64,000 nt of DNA from Lytechinus pictus. Taxonomy: Eukaryota. The translations under genes and the position numbers were made by a program. Shown one piece after another: positions 26,130 through 39,478 of this stretch (its first letter is position 1; the number at the start of each line of letters is the position of its first letter). The DNA lies in NCBI RefSeq assembly GCF_037042905.1, contig NC_087251.1:7628001-7692000 (forward strand). Direction: 5' to 3'. The notes under the pieces were generated by a model. That model saw only the letters and a list, made by a program, of their open reading frames with translations, did no database searches and was not told where the DNA came from.

Positions 26130-27066
26130 CTGAGAAATATTCACCATTAAGAGAATAACAAGGATTGGAAGAGAATAATGTACATTAACATGTATGTTAC
26201 TGACAATCCAAGAATAAGTTATATAATCATCTATTTTGAACACATTCATGCTTTTGGGCACATATTCTCCACTTGAAAAGAAAGACAGATAGAATCCTAT
26301 CAAATATGTAGTTGTATGAGGTAAGTCAATGAACTCTTGCTGTACCCTCAATTAACTCCATCATGCATCTCATTACATTTTTCTTTCAAGTCGAGATAAG
26401 GAGACCCAAAATAAAAAGAACTTACCAGTAGACCCAAAAAAGGCCATCGGGGCTGATTAATCGCCCCCATGTTCTCATTAGTTCACATGAGTTAAAGCCA
26501 ATTCTTGCCAGAAAGAAAAAAAGAAAAAGACTATTTTTGTTGTTTGAAAAAGTGTCCGAGTCAGTTGTTATTGTGTCAGTGGGAAAACGTGTAGTGAAAG
26601 GAAGTCCCTGTTCAGTGAGAAGCTTCACACCATTTCGTATCGCGATCAATGGACAGGAATAACCGTCGTTTCTGGGGATTTATTTAACAATTTCTGACAT
26701 TTTACTATAATCCCCATTCACCGACAGTGTGTGTTAGTACGAACCTGCGCCAGTATGTTGTTTTAGTATTATAATGATAATTCGATGTTGCAAGCGCAAA
26801 TTGTAAGCGCGCCATCTAGTGTTGGTCTCTTGGCCATGGTTATTAAAGACAGTTACACCTAACCTCAAAGTTTATTTACTTCTTTTACATTAAGTTGGCC
26901 CTTATTAACCCATGGCATGGTGGCAGCTGGTTCGTCATCTAGAGCAGCTCTACCTTGTTTGTCTGATGTGGATCTCGCCGGCATACATACCGATCACATT
27001 TCAAATGATGGGGAATGTGAGAAAAATGAGAGTGAAATGGATGATAGTCATGGGATTGATAATCAT

Positions 27067-27365
27067 GAGCGTTGTGGCCCAGTGGATTAGTCTTCTGACT
27101 TTGAAACAGAGGGTCGTGGGTTCGAATCCCAGCCATGGCGTAATTTCCTTCAGCAAGAAACTCATCCACATTGTGCTGCACTCAACCCAGGTGAGGTGAA
27201 TGGGTACCCGGTAGGAAGAAATTCCTTGAATGCTTGAGCGCCTAGGCAGCTCAGCTAAAGCCGGGGTAATAATAATAGCAGGGCCCGCTGGTAGAACAGT
27301 TTTCGAAACTGAAGTGGCTTCCCTGGGTAAATATACCTATATTATTATTATTATTATATTATTAT
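27067..27365 (+). mobile_element. tRNA-derived SINE
   Basis: A box TGGCCCAGTGG, B box GGTTCGAATCC, SINE core-like CACTCAACCCAGGTG...AATGGGTACC, (ATT)n tail. Confidence 0.85.
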
Positions 27366-28790
27366 ACATTAGGGACTACGGTCACACCAGTAAACACTAA
27401 CATACACAAAGAAGATGATGGATATGAAAGGAGTGATAGCGAGATGAATTAATCTAACAGTAATGAGTGTAAATCTCAGAATGAAGACCGAAGAGAAGAG
27501 ACCAGTGATGGTGGGGTGCATGAAACTAACAAAGGTGAAATGAAACCATGCAATGTAGATGATGGCTACAAGAGTAGTGATGGTGGAGGTAATGACTCTA
27601 ACATAGTTAATGTGAAACAATGTAATGCTGATGATGGATACACAACTAGTGATGGTGAGGTGTATATAACAAACAGGGCTGACAAGAAAGGATGGAATGA
27701 AGAGGTTGAGTATGCAACTAATGATAGTCTGGTTTATGAAAGTGACCAATGTGATGTGCAACAGTTATGGAATGAGGAAAATGGACATGAAGCTAAATTA
27801 GCTAATGTTGGTGTGGTTAATAATGGAGATGATGTGCTTATTGGTCACATGAGAGACGTAAATGAAACAAGGAAAGATAATGTAGGGTCTAATGTTAGTG
27901 ATGTAATTTGTCAGGATACCGATGCCAGTGTGCCCTCATTGTCCCAGGAGTGTACATTTACAGACACTTATGAAAGCAGTTCATGTTCTCCTCCAGTTTC
28001 ACGTTTGAGTGATTTCAGAACTTCTTCTCTCCATCGCATTGATTGTTGGCATGGCAATGTTGCCTTTACTACTCCGAGTGGATCGAGTTGCTGTCCACTT
28101 TCTGCCGATGATTGTCGGTCTTTGGTAATTTGGGATTGTTGCCAATCCAATGTGACCTACAGTTTTACAGAGTCCCTTGATTTGGATCCTAGTCAGAACC
28201 ATGGTCCTTGCTTTTTGTCAGATGTGACAATTTCAAACTAACTTGACCTTGCCTGATGTAACAGTTTTGCCCAACTTTCTTTGCCTGATGTGACAGTTTT
28301 GCCTACCTTGACTTTGCCGGATGTGACAATTTTCCCTAACTTGACTTTGCCTGATGAGACAGTTTTGCCTAACATATCACTCAATATGCTACTGGATCGC
28401 TGCATAGGAAGCAACCTTATCCTTGACCGTGGAGGTACCGTGCTGCCTCTTGATCACATGTTTGACACTTCTAGTAGTGTTGATACCGTGTCCGTTACAC
28501 CATCGGCCGATTTGGTGTTACCCTTCAACGCGAGTTACTGCCACAGAGCAAACACTGCGGTAACCGCTATGCCTCCTTGCCCGGCTAATGTCAGCAGCAG
28601 TAGCTCTACTGCACAAGTTATCTATCCAGCGCGGGTACCATGTTTCGTGGATGGGTTGATCTCGCAGAACTTTCAGTCGTTCACCCTGCGTGCGTCACCT
28701 CCAACTGAATGTCCGTACTTGGCTAGCATCTCAATCGCTAATACCCATGTTCATTCCTTCTGGACTGATGTCGCATGCCATACTCGCCCT

Positions 28791-29762
28791 CCAGATCAGT
28801 TCCCTTGCTACCCTAGGCTTGGCCCTGCTGAACTGTCCACTCCTGAAGGATGTCGTGCTCGTCCGCCAGATCAGCCCCATGCTAGTCCAGGGCATGGTCC
28901 TGCTGGTCTGTCTGCCCTGGAGGTTGTCGTCACACTCGTACGCCAGACCAGCCCCATGCTAACCCAGGGCATGGTCCTGCTGGTCTGTCTGCCCTGGAGG
29001 TTGTCGTCGCACTCGTACGCCAGATCAGCCCCATGCTAACCCAGGGCATGGTCCTGCTGGTCTGTCTGCCCTGAAGGATGTCGTCGCACTCGTACGCCAG
29101 ATCAGCCCCATGCTAACCCAGGGCATGGTCCTGCTGGTCTGTCTGCCCTGAAGGATGTCGTCACACTCGTACGCCAGATCAGCCCCATGCTAACCCAGGG
29201 CATGGTCCTGCTGGTCTGTCTGCCCTGGAGGTTGTTGTCGCACTTGTACGCCAGACCAGCCCCATGCTAGTCCAGGGCATGGTCCTGCTGTTCTGTCTGC
29301 CCTGGAGGTTGTCGTCGCACTCGTACGCTAGATCAGCCCCATGCTAACCCAGGGCATGGTCCTGCTGGTCTGTCTGCCCTGGAGGTTGTCGTCGCACCCG
29401 TACGCCAGATCAGCCCCATGCTAACCCAGGGCATGGTCCTGCTGGTCTGTCTGCCCTGGAGGTTGTCGTCGCACTTGTACGCCAGATCAGCCCCATGCTA
29501 GTCCAGGGCATGGTCCTGCTGGTCTGTCTGCCCTGGAGGTTGTCGTCGCACTTGTACGCCAGACCGGCCCCATGCTAACCCAGGGCATGGTCCTGCTGGT
29601 CTGTCTGCCCTGGAGGTTGTCGGTGCACTTGTACACCAGATCAGCCCCATGCTAACCCAGGGCATGGTCCTGCTGGTCTGTCTGCCCTGGAGGTTGTCGG
29701 TGCACTCGTACGTCAGACCAGCCCCATGCTAACCCAGGGCATGGTCCTGCTGGTCTATCTCT
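28791..29762. repeat. 77-bp GC-rich tandem repeat, ~12 copies, preceded by one diverged 75-bp unit
   Basis: CAGATCAG recurs at 29021, 29098 and onward (77 bp). The first interval, 28791 to 28866, is 75 bp. Confidence 0.95.
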
Positions 29763-31921
29763 CCCAGTGGAAGAGCTTCACGGTTTAGGCCATCATCTCC
29801 TGACTATCAACAGAGACATTTGTTACTTAAGTCCATTTACGCTCGGCTAGCTTTCCCAAGGATTGACAGGGTCATACCTCCATGTGTTGGATAGTGACCA
29901 TTACTGATGTGAACATTATGTTTGATTATGATTGGACTCCCAATTTTACCATGTGATTATGAGGAACGGACTAACGGGAGTTTCATCGCTTGATTCGGAT
30001 CTGTCTTTTGAGTTATTTATCAACCGATGCCTAATTGATTTTATATACCAATTACCATGATGATTTGTTAAATGTTTATTTGCAGGTATATTTTGCTTCA
30101 ATCAACATACTTTAAAGTGCCTTGTTTATAATAATTTTAATATTGATAGTGATTTTATGTCGGGATGTTTTATTATATTCCTTTATTTTTATGTTACAGG
30201 ATTGCATTTTGATTTGTGATTTTGGTTGATCACAATAAACAGTTTCGTTATGTTTGTCATTAATTTTTGTGATGTATTTTGGGTGAGTGATTTTGCCAGT
30301 TAAGAGTGTTGTTGATTTCATGGATGTGGTATGTTTTTATGATATCATACTGGTGATGATTATCTAACATTTACTCATCCTTTAATATATGCCTACTGTG
30401 ATGTTTGGGGAATGATTTCTGTTTTGTTCTGATATTAATTAGAATTCTTGTTTTCTGAATTATGAACTATATGCCCTTGCATGTTTTCAATCATTGTATG
30501 TTCATGTGTATCATGCATTATGCCTAGTAATGATATTGAGTTCCATGTGTCAAGTTCATGTAGTTAAACAGTCATAAGTTGTTGGTACGTGGCTGTTTTC
30601 TGTATTTGATCCATTTCCCTTTTTGCGAGTATTTTCTGATTTCATTGAGATGGTATGTAACTGCTCATAATTCAGTACTTTTTGTGCCATCCTTTTTTAT
30701 GATACACAGATATTTGCCATTTAGGATGAGGCTGTCGAACTGTGTATTTAATCTGTTTATGTGGATACGTTGCACTGAGAGATCATTGTTTTTATTTCAT
30801 TATTTGAACCATTTGCCCATATGCATCTTTTCATTTTTCATGCAGGTTTACGGTTGTTTAATTTGTGTTTCGAAAATTGGTTTGTAGTGCACAGCATTAA
30901 TTGAGCCTTGTGTTTTGGAGTAGATTGGGGTCGAATTTTTGCTCTTAATAATTTGATGCCTAGATAGGGATAGTGATTTGTTGTTTACCCCTTTTTAAGC
31001 CCACAAATGGCCTACTATTTTCGTTAGACTTTAATCTTTCGTTTGATACTGCGCATATTCCAAGCAAAATATCAAAAATATACGTTACCGATTAGAATTT
31101 TCAATATTCTGGCCAATCAATGCGAGTGACAAGTTCCGAACACACGCACATAGACAAGCGCAAAGCAGTGGCACGAATCGCGATATATAGCGACTGGTAA
31201 ATACGTCTGTAAGAATGATGACGTCATCCAAGATGGCAACTTACGATGACCAACAAAAGGATCGAGTATGACTATGTTTTGATCATCATTTGAAAGGAAT
31301 TAGCAGTAACTGCGGTCTCAGGTACGATATTTCTGAATTTCATATATTTTTTCGTAAATTTAGATGTAATTTCTTTTTTATAATGTGACATTCTATGTAA
31401 AAAAAAAAAAACGATCCGAAAATCGGGTTTCCGCCGAATATAAGATCTAACGTTACTGCTCATACGTTGTCTTTACCACTGGTTCACCCCGACCATTCGC
31501 CATACAGGGAAATGTACGGGGTAGGACTGATCTGAGACGAGTGCCGCTAACACTGTCATTTCTATGTAGGAACGCGTGAAGTAAAAGAGTCTGACTTACC
31601 AATTCTTGTGTCGACCCAAACGTAGATTTTGGTTCTACTTAAACAGGATTCCAATGTCCAATGAGTGAAATATCGTCCTTGAATTGAAGATTTGTTTCAA
31701 AATTGGGTAAAATTATAAGGAAATTTTTTCTTATTCTCGTCTGGTCCATAGTCTCCTACGTAAGTATCTCAGCACGCCCTCTTGTGCTGAATAAAAGAAA
31801 GCTAGCCACTGAACAGTGGCGACCACAGAGCTGGTTACAATAAGCTCCTACCTGTTTCCGGTGAAGCATAATAATAGGAAGCTCCGTGATCTGGGGACTG
31901 TATTCTTTTTCTCACCTGACA

Positions 31922-32146
31922 CCACTAACGTACCTAAGGGGCAGGGGGGGGGCAGACTGCCCCCCCTGACGAGCCACAAGTGGCTTCCTCTTTTGAACTT
32001 GAAGACCTTTTTTTTTTTTTGCTTGTCAATTTTTTTTTCTGGTGCGAAATGTCCTTTATTTGCATTTGAAAACCTTTTTTTTTTTTGTCAAATTTTTTGG
32101 CGGACGAATTCCCCCCCCCCTTTGGAAAATGCTGGGTACGCCACTG
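31922..32146. mobile_element. Short CAGTGGCGTA-family MITE (degenerate left end)
   Basis: Right end GGGTACGCCACTG and G/C-run subterminal motifs as in other copies in the window. Confidence 0.55.
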
Positions 32147-33261
32147 CCTGACACTCAATATTTTGTTCACTATTTTTTTTTTTTACACAAGAATTATTGT
32201 TGTCACAGGCGGCGGAGGGGGGGGGGAGGGTACACATACAATACCCCTTAAATTTCAGGAGGGGAAAGATCCCCTTAAGAAATAAAGAATAAAAGAAACA
32301 AAGAACAAAGACTGAGAAAAAAGGAAGAAATAAAAAATCAAAAGAATTCAATTACGCTCAGAAGAAAAAAGAAAGAAAGGGTAAGGGAAGAGGAAAACAG
32401 ACAAATGATGCTCTGGATATAGTACTAGAAATATTATAGATAAGCCAAAAAAAAATAGCCATTTGGAGTTTTTGGACTTTTTTATTCTTTAAACATGTTT
32501 ATCTAGACGAAACAAAATTGCCAATCTGTCGAGGCTATCGAGACATGTTTACTAGAATGCATCACGAGTAGTGTTTCATCCATCCAGGTGGATGAACCTC
32601 TATGGCTTCGTGATATTTTTTATTTTCTTTCTCGATTTGTCACGATCAAACACCATTGAACCAACCAAGAGTAGTGACGGTCACCCGAGGTGGAAAAATC
32701 AGTGAGTTTTTATTAATTTTTCAAATTATTTTTAGCAATTAGATGATATTTCTAATATAAATTTATGTCAAGTATCACACTTTATCTAGTTCGATAAGGT
32801 CATGATGTTTGGGGTGAGGGAAGGGTAGTCTTGAGGACGCAATGATGATCACTTTTAAAATAATGAAATATACTTCTTCATCATTGACGTCTTGACACTC
32901 TTCCCATAGTCGCAGAAGAGAAGGACCAAAACAGAGATTTTGAAACAAAAATCACTTGAATTTTATGAATTTCATTGATTTTCACACCTTCCTACGCCTA
33001 ATGCGTAGGAAGGTTTTAAAAATTGATTATTGCCCTGCATTTTCTCATTGTAGAGAAATGTCCTGGGCGTACATTGTATTCCTTTAATGTGCAGATTTGC
33101 AAATAAAGTGATATATAACAACACTTATAAAAATGTGAAAAAATTAAGGTTTCTTACCTAACTGATGCCGAGTAGACCCCTCGATCCACATGTAAACAAC
33201 GTAAGTACAATAGCGTCGACCCTTGAACCGCTTATGTATGACGTACTTCCGGCTAGCAATG

Positions 33262-33428
33262 CCGTTTTGATGAACAATTTATAGATAAAAATGATTATTT
33301 CACAAATACTAAAATTTATTACGTGATTATAAATAATTATTAGTATTATACTAATTATTTATAATTACGTGATAAATTTTAACATTTGCGAAATAATATT
33401 TTTTTCTATAAATTATTCATCAGAACGG
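33262..33428. repeat. ~167-bp imperfect AT-rich palindrome
   Basis: CCGTTTTGATGAACAATTTATAGA... pairs with ...TCTATAAATTATTCATCAGAACGG, centre near 33345. Confidence 0.85.
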
Positions 33429-34134
33429 TATTACTTGGACTAAATAAAGAAAAACTATTGGAAACTGGTTTGTTTGATTCTGTTCTTTCTTTTTCTAGAA
33501 CGTTGTTATCATTGATGGGATAACTGACTAAAAATAAAATTCGTGTATATGAGGAAAATGCCTCACACTTTGTCAAATCATTCTTGAACTCCAACATTCA
33601 ACAAACTAAATGAATATAAATAATCCCTGCAGCTCGATACACAGCTTTCACAAACTAATTACTTTCCCGAAAATGATATCTACATGATACTATATGTATA
33701 TTACAAGTGTGCAGGATTGCCTAATTCAATAGACATGTAAATTTCATGGCTCGTTATGTACGCGTACCCAGCGCGTGCCACGTGCTTGTTAATTCCTCAC
33801 ACCTGTTGATTGACAGAAAGCCGAATTTGCATCTGTCTTCTGAAAGTTGATAGAATCAAAATCGTCCTAAATTTATTTAGTCAGTGGTCGACAATCAGAT
33901 TGATGATCTTCCCAATTAAAGTTCTGTCTTATTTTGCCGCAGCAAAGTGGGAATCTATAAAGGCCTCTCATGACTGTCTGACTTCTGACGAAATCTGAAT
34001 AAAATGATCGGCCAATTTATTTAGTCAGTGTCACAAATTTTGTTAATCTCTCTTAAATGTTACAAAGGAAAAAAAATCTAATTATAAATACATTTTATTT
34101 AGTCAGCGATAATTCAGCCATGCAGGTTTACATT

Positions 34135-36911
34135 TTATTACTCCACTGTTTTCAAAGAAATTTCACTGTCATTTAAGTAACACATCGTTTGTCTCCTCTT
34201 CACTCTGCAACTTTTTACTATCCACAAAATAAGTCACAGTATCAACTGTCTATATATTTATCGTTCTTTTTTACTCCACTTTTCCAACAAAATTACGCAT
34301 GGTAATTAACTGTATCATCAACCCCTCTTTTCCCTTCTCTTCAAAACCACTCTGCCACTTTTAGACGGTAGGCTATCCACTAAATAAATCAATTCAAACT
34401 GTCTATATCTTTATCCTCCTTTTTGACTCCACCTTTTTAACAATATTCACACGGTAATTAACCTGTATATTCCATCAACCCCTCTTTTCCCTTCTCTTCA
34501 AAACCACTCTGCCACTTTTAGACAGTAGGCTATCCACTAAATAAATCAATTCAAACTGTCTATATCTTTATCTTCCTTTTTGACTCCACTTTTTTAACGA
34601 TATACGCACGGTAATTAACCTGTATATTCCATCAACCCCTCTTTTCCCTTCTCTTCACTCTGCCACTTTTAGACAGTAGGCTATCCACTAAATAGATTAA
34701 TTCAAACTGTCTATATCTTTATCCTCCTTTTTGACTCCACCTTTTTAACGATATACGCACGGTAATTAACCTGGATATTCCATCAACCCCTCTTTTCCCT
34801 TCTCTTCAAAACCACTCTGCCACTTTTAGACAGTAGGCTATCCACTAAATAAATCAATTCAAACTGTCTATATCTTTATCCTCCTTTTTGACTCCACTTT
34901 TTAACGATATACGCACGGTAATTAACCTGTATATTCCATCAACCCCTCTTTTCCCTTCTCTTCAAAACCACTCTGCCACTTTTAGACAGTAGGCTATCCA
35001 CTAAATAGATTAATTCAAACTGTCTATATCTTTATCTTCCTTTTTGACTCCACTTTTTTAACGATATACGCACGATAATTAACCTGTATATTCCATCAAC
35101 CCCTCTTTTCCCTTCTCTTCAAAACCACTCTGCCACTTTTAGACAGTAGGCTATCCACTAAATAAATCAATTCAAACTGTCTATATCTTTATCCTCCTTT
35201 TTGACTCCACTTTTTTAATGATACGCACGGTAATTAACCTGTATATTCCATCAACCCCTCTTTTCCCTTCTCTTCAAAATCACTCTGCCACTTTTAGACA
35301 GTAGTCTATCCACTAAATAAATCAATTCAAACTGTCTATATCTTTATCTTCCTTTTTGACTCCACTTTTTTAACGATATACGCACGGTAATTAACCTGTA
35401 TATTCCATCAACCCCTCTTTTCCCTTCTCTTCACTCTGCCACTTTTAGACAGTAGGCTATCCACTAAATAGATTAATTCAAACTGTCTATATCTTTATCC
35501 TCCTTTTTGACTCCACCTTTTTAACGATATACGCACCGTAATTAACCTGGATATTCCATCAACCCCTCTTTTCCCTTCTCTTCAAAACCACTCTGCCACT
35601 TTTAGACAGTAGGCTATCCACTAAATAAATCAATTCAAACTGTCTATATCTTTATCCTCCTTTTTGACTCCACTTTTTAACGATATACGCACGGTAATTA
35701 ACCTGTATATTCCATCAACCCCTCTTTTCCCTTCTCTTCAAAACCACTCTGCCACTTTTAGACAGTAGGCTATCCACTAAATAGATTAATTCAAACTGTC
35801 TATATCTTTATCTTCCTTTTTGACTCCACTTTTTTAACGATATACGCACGATAATTAACCTGTATATTCCATCAACCCCTCTATTCCCTTCTCTTCAAAA
35901 CCACTCTGCCACTTTTAGACAGTAGGCTATCCACTAAATAAATCAATTCAAACTGTCTATATCTTTATCCTCCTTTTTGACTCCACTTTTTTAATGATAC
36001 GCACGGTAATTAACCTGTATATTCCATCAACCCCTCTTTTCCCTTCTCTTCAAAATCACTCTGCCACTTTTAGACAGTAGTCTATCCACTAAATAAATCA
36101 ATTCAAACTGTCTATATCTTTATCTTCCTTTTTGACTCCACTTTTTTAACGATATATGCACGGTAATTAACCTGTATATTCCATCAACCCCTCTTTTCCC
36201 TTCTCTTCACTCTGCCACTTTTAGACAGTAGGCTATCCACTAAATAGATTAATTCAAACTGTCTATATCTTTATCCTCCTTTTTGACTCCACCTTTTTAA
36301 CGATATACGCACGGTAATTAACCTGGATATTCCATCAACCCCTCTTTTCCCTTCTCTTCAAAACCACTCTGCCACTTTTAGACAGTAGGCTATCCACTAA
36401 ATAAATCAATTCAAACTGTCTATATCTTTATCCTCCTTTTTGACTCCACTTTTTAACGATATACGCACGGTAATTAACCTGTATATTCCATCAACCCCTC
36501 TTTTCCCTTCTCTTCAAAACCACTCTGCCACTTTTAGACAGTAGGCTATCCACTAAATAGATTAATTCAAACTGTCTATATCTTTATCTTCCTTTTTGAC
36601 TCCACTTTTTTAACGATATACGCACGATAATTAACCTGTATATTCCATCAACCCCTCTTTTCCCTTCTCTTCAAAACCACTCTGCCACTTTTAGACAGTA
36701 GGCTATCCACTAAATAAATCAATTCAAACTGTCTATATCTTTATCCTCCTTTTTGACTCCACTTTTTTAATGATACGCACGGTAATTAACCTGTATATTC
36801 CATCAACCCCTCTTTTCCCTTCTCTTCAAAATCACTCTGCCACTTTCAGACAGTTAGCTATCCATCCAATACAATTTCAACAAGCTTATCATTTATCTTC
36901 CTTTTTGACTC
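34135..36911. repeat. ~157-bp satellite, ~17 monomers, with a 776-bp (5-monomer) higher-order repeat
   Basis: ACCCCTCTTTTCCC recurs at 34321, 34478, 34635. The monomer with a 6-bp deletion recurs at 34635, 35411 and 36187 (776-bp period). Confidence 0.95.
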
Positions 36912-37290
36912 CAGCGCGTGTTATCGCGTTGCCAAAACCCATAGACGGAGCAAAAAAGAACGATAAGATTAAGATTCTAGGTTTTATCCTCCTTTTTGGC
37001 TCCATCAATGGCAACGCGATAACACGCGCTGGAGTCAAAAAGGAAGATAAAGTAATAGTACGCTGAAAATTATTGTGTGTTACTGTGTATGATATCATAT
37101 CATCTAGGATGATCCATTATGATTTGGGGGTGTGATGATGCGAGAGTTATCATGCAACGTCGTGTCAACGGAGAAATTGTCCCACGTGCGAGAGTCTTGT
37201 CCATGAGAGAGCTAACTAGCTGAGCTCGCTCGCATTGAACGAAATAAATCTATTGAAAATCAACGAGGCGTAGTCGTGCTCAGTGAAATT

Positions 37291-39478
37291 GGCAAAATCG
37301 TGATATAGGCCCCGCTCGAGAAAAACTTGTAATCGATCATACATCAATATCTTGGTTGCTAACTTCAGCTCACTATATATACTCGTGATATAGGCCCCGC
37401 TGCTGTGTTGAATGGCTCAGAATGTCCGTTCGCGGGGCCTGTTTCACGAGTATAATACTATAATCGTTATATAGGCCCCGCACTACGGCACTTCAGACGC
37501 TCCAACACAGTAGCGGGGCCTGTATCACGAGTATATTATTAAGCTTGCATCCTAAGATAATCGCGAAACTGGCCCCGTCCAATGCGCTTTTCCCAGCATT
37601 CGCACGTGTGTGGGGCTCGGATGACGGCTATTAGTATACTCGTTATCGAAGCCCCTTGCACTGTTTCCCCGAATGAATATGCCTATTCGTTTCCTTTTCT
37701 GAACTTAAATGGATGAAAAGTGGGGACGCGGGGGGGGGGGGGGATTTATGAAAGGAATGAAAAAAAATACAAATTGATAATACGCAGGAAGCCAGATGAA
37801 TGATTCAATATTGAATTGAAGAGAAGAAAGCCGATTTGAAAAAAAATGTATTTTGACTTCTTACATCCAGGTGATTATATCATGATACATGAATGAATAA
37901 ATGGATTCATTCGCAGCAGTACGTCAAGTGAAAGATTGGGGGAAATTATACAAGAACTATATAATTTAATTATTAATGACACCTCCCTCCCCGCAAAAAA
38001 ATAATTCAAATGAAATGCTGAATAAAACGAGGTTATCAAATAACTAGCAAATACAAATTACGATGGATAATGGAACAAAAATAACTATATATAGGCCTAA
38101 CGTTACATCGAAAACACACCAAAAAAATTAGCAAATGAATGAATCATTCACAGATTTACCAAAATATATTCAGAGAGCAGATCTTTAAAAGCAAAATATT
38201 AGCAACACGAGTGCGGCGTCAGGTTGTGAGGGGCCTGGTTGATTTTTCTCTGAAAACTGGAAGGATAACATCATGCCTAAAACAAGTTGCCCATATGGAT
38301 CCTACTCCATTGTCAAGCAGAGTTTTTATACTCACTTCTTTATCATTCCCCTTGTTTTTTTTTTATAATAAATTGGAGCCCCCCGGGCCCCTACAGCGCC
38401 GCGCATGATATCACTCGATCACCGGGGAATCAAGACCCACGACCACGCTATTTTCCATGATATACAACTATACAAGTGTAAGGGGCCTCGATAACGAGTA
38501 CTAATAGCCGTCATCCGAGCCCCACACACGGCGAATGCTGGGACAAGCGCATTGGACATTACAAAAAAACTGAAACCAAAAAAATTAAATGATTAATGAA
38601 TAAATATAAATTCATTAATTAATCAATATAAATACATTAATTAATCAATTAAAATAGATTGAAATAAGTGAACTTCCACACATAAAAATAATTAAAAACG
38701 AATGATACCTTTTACTCTCTATCTCACAAAAGAAAAAACAAACTGAAAACAAATAAATTAAATGATTAATTAATCAATTAAAATAGATTGAAATGATACC
38801 TCTGACTCTCTATATCACAAAAGAAAAAAAAATGAAAACGAATAAGTTAAATGAAATACATTAATCAATCAATATAAATAGATTGATAAATAAATAAGTT
38901 AATAACTGTATTAATATATAAGTAAATCGACAAATAAATTTCTCAAGAAGTAAATACATACACATTTTATTATTCTCTCTCCTTGTTTATTTGGAAAATA
39001 AATTGGAGCCCCCCCCCCCCCCACACACACTCCAGCGCCGCCCATGATAATTCTCACCGGCCGGGGAAACAAGCCCCACGACCACGTTATTTTCCATGAT
39101 ATAACAGTGCAAGGGGCCTCGATAACGGGTATACTAATAGCCGTCATCCGAGCCCCACGCACGTGCGAATGCTGGGAAAAGCGCATTGGACGGGGCCAGA
39201 TTCGCGATTATCTTAGTTAGGATGCAAGCTAATATACTCGTGATACAGGCCCCGCTACTGTGTTGGAGTGCCTGAAGTGCCGTAGTGCGGGGCCTATATA
39301 ACGATTATAGTATTATACTCAGGAAACAGGCCCCGCGAACGGACATTCTGAGCCATTCAACACAGCAGCGGGGCCTATATCACGAGTATATATAGTGAGC
39401 TGAAGTTAGCAACCTAGATATTGAGGTATGATCGATTACAATTTTTTTCTCGAGCGGGGCCTATATCACGAGTATGCC
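37291..39478. mobile_element. Foldback non-autonomous DNA transposon with ~370-bp TIRs, possibly Merlin-like
   Basis: 37291-37665 is the reverse complement of ~39102-39478. GGCA...TGCC termini and 8-bp duplication GTGAAATT (37283-90, 39479-86). Confidence 0.85.

Larger units (their letters stand above)
26890..29895 (+). pseudogene. Degenerate long ORF of unknown (probably TE-derived) origin: acidic D/E/N/S region, 33-bp LPDVTVLPxLT repeats, RPPDQ repeats
   Basis: Coding-like composition across ORF pieces 27516-28241 and 28281-29039. Interrupted by a SINE, stops and frameshifting repeats. No domain I recognise. Boundaries approximate. Confidence 0.45.

Noticed and set aside
26808..26822. CTCF-like motif GCGCCATCTAGTG
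   Set aside because: A single imperfect short match that cannot be supported without binding data.
27067..27140. Functional tRNA gene
   Set aside because: It continues into a SINE core and an (ATT)n tail, and there is no convincing acceptor stem.
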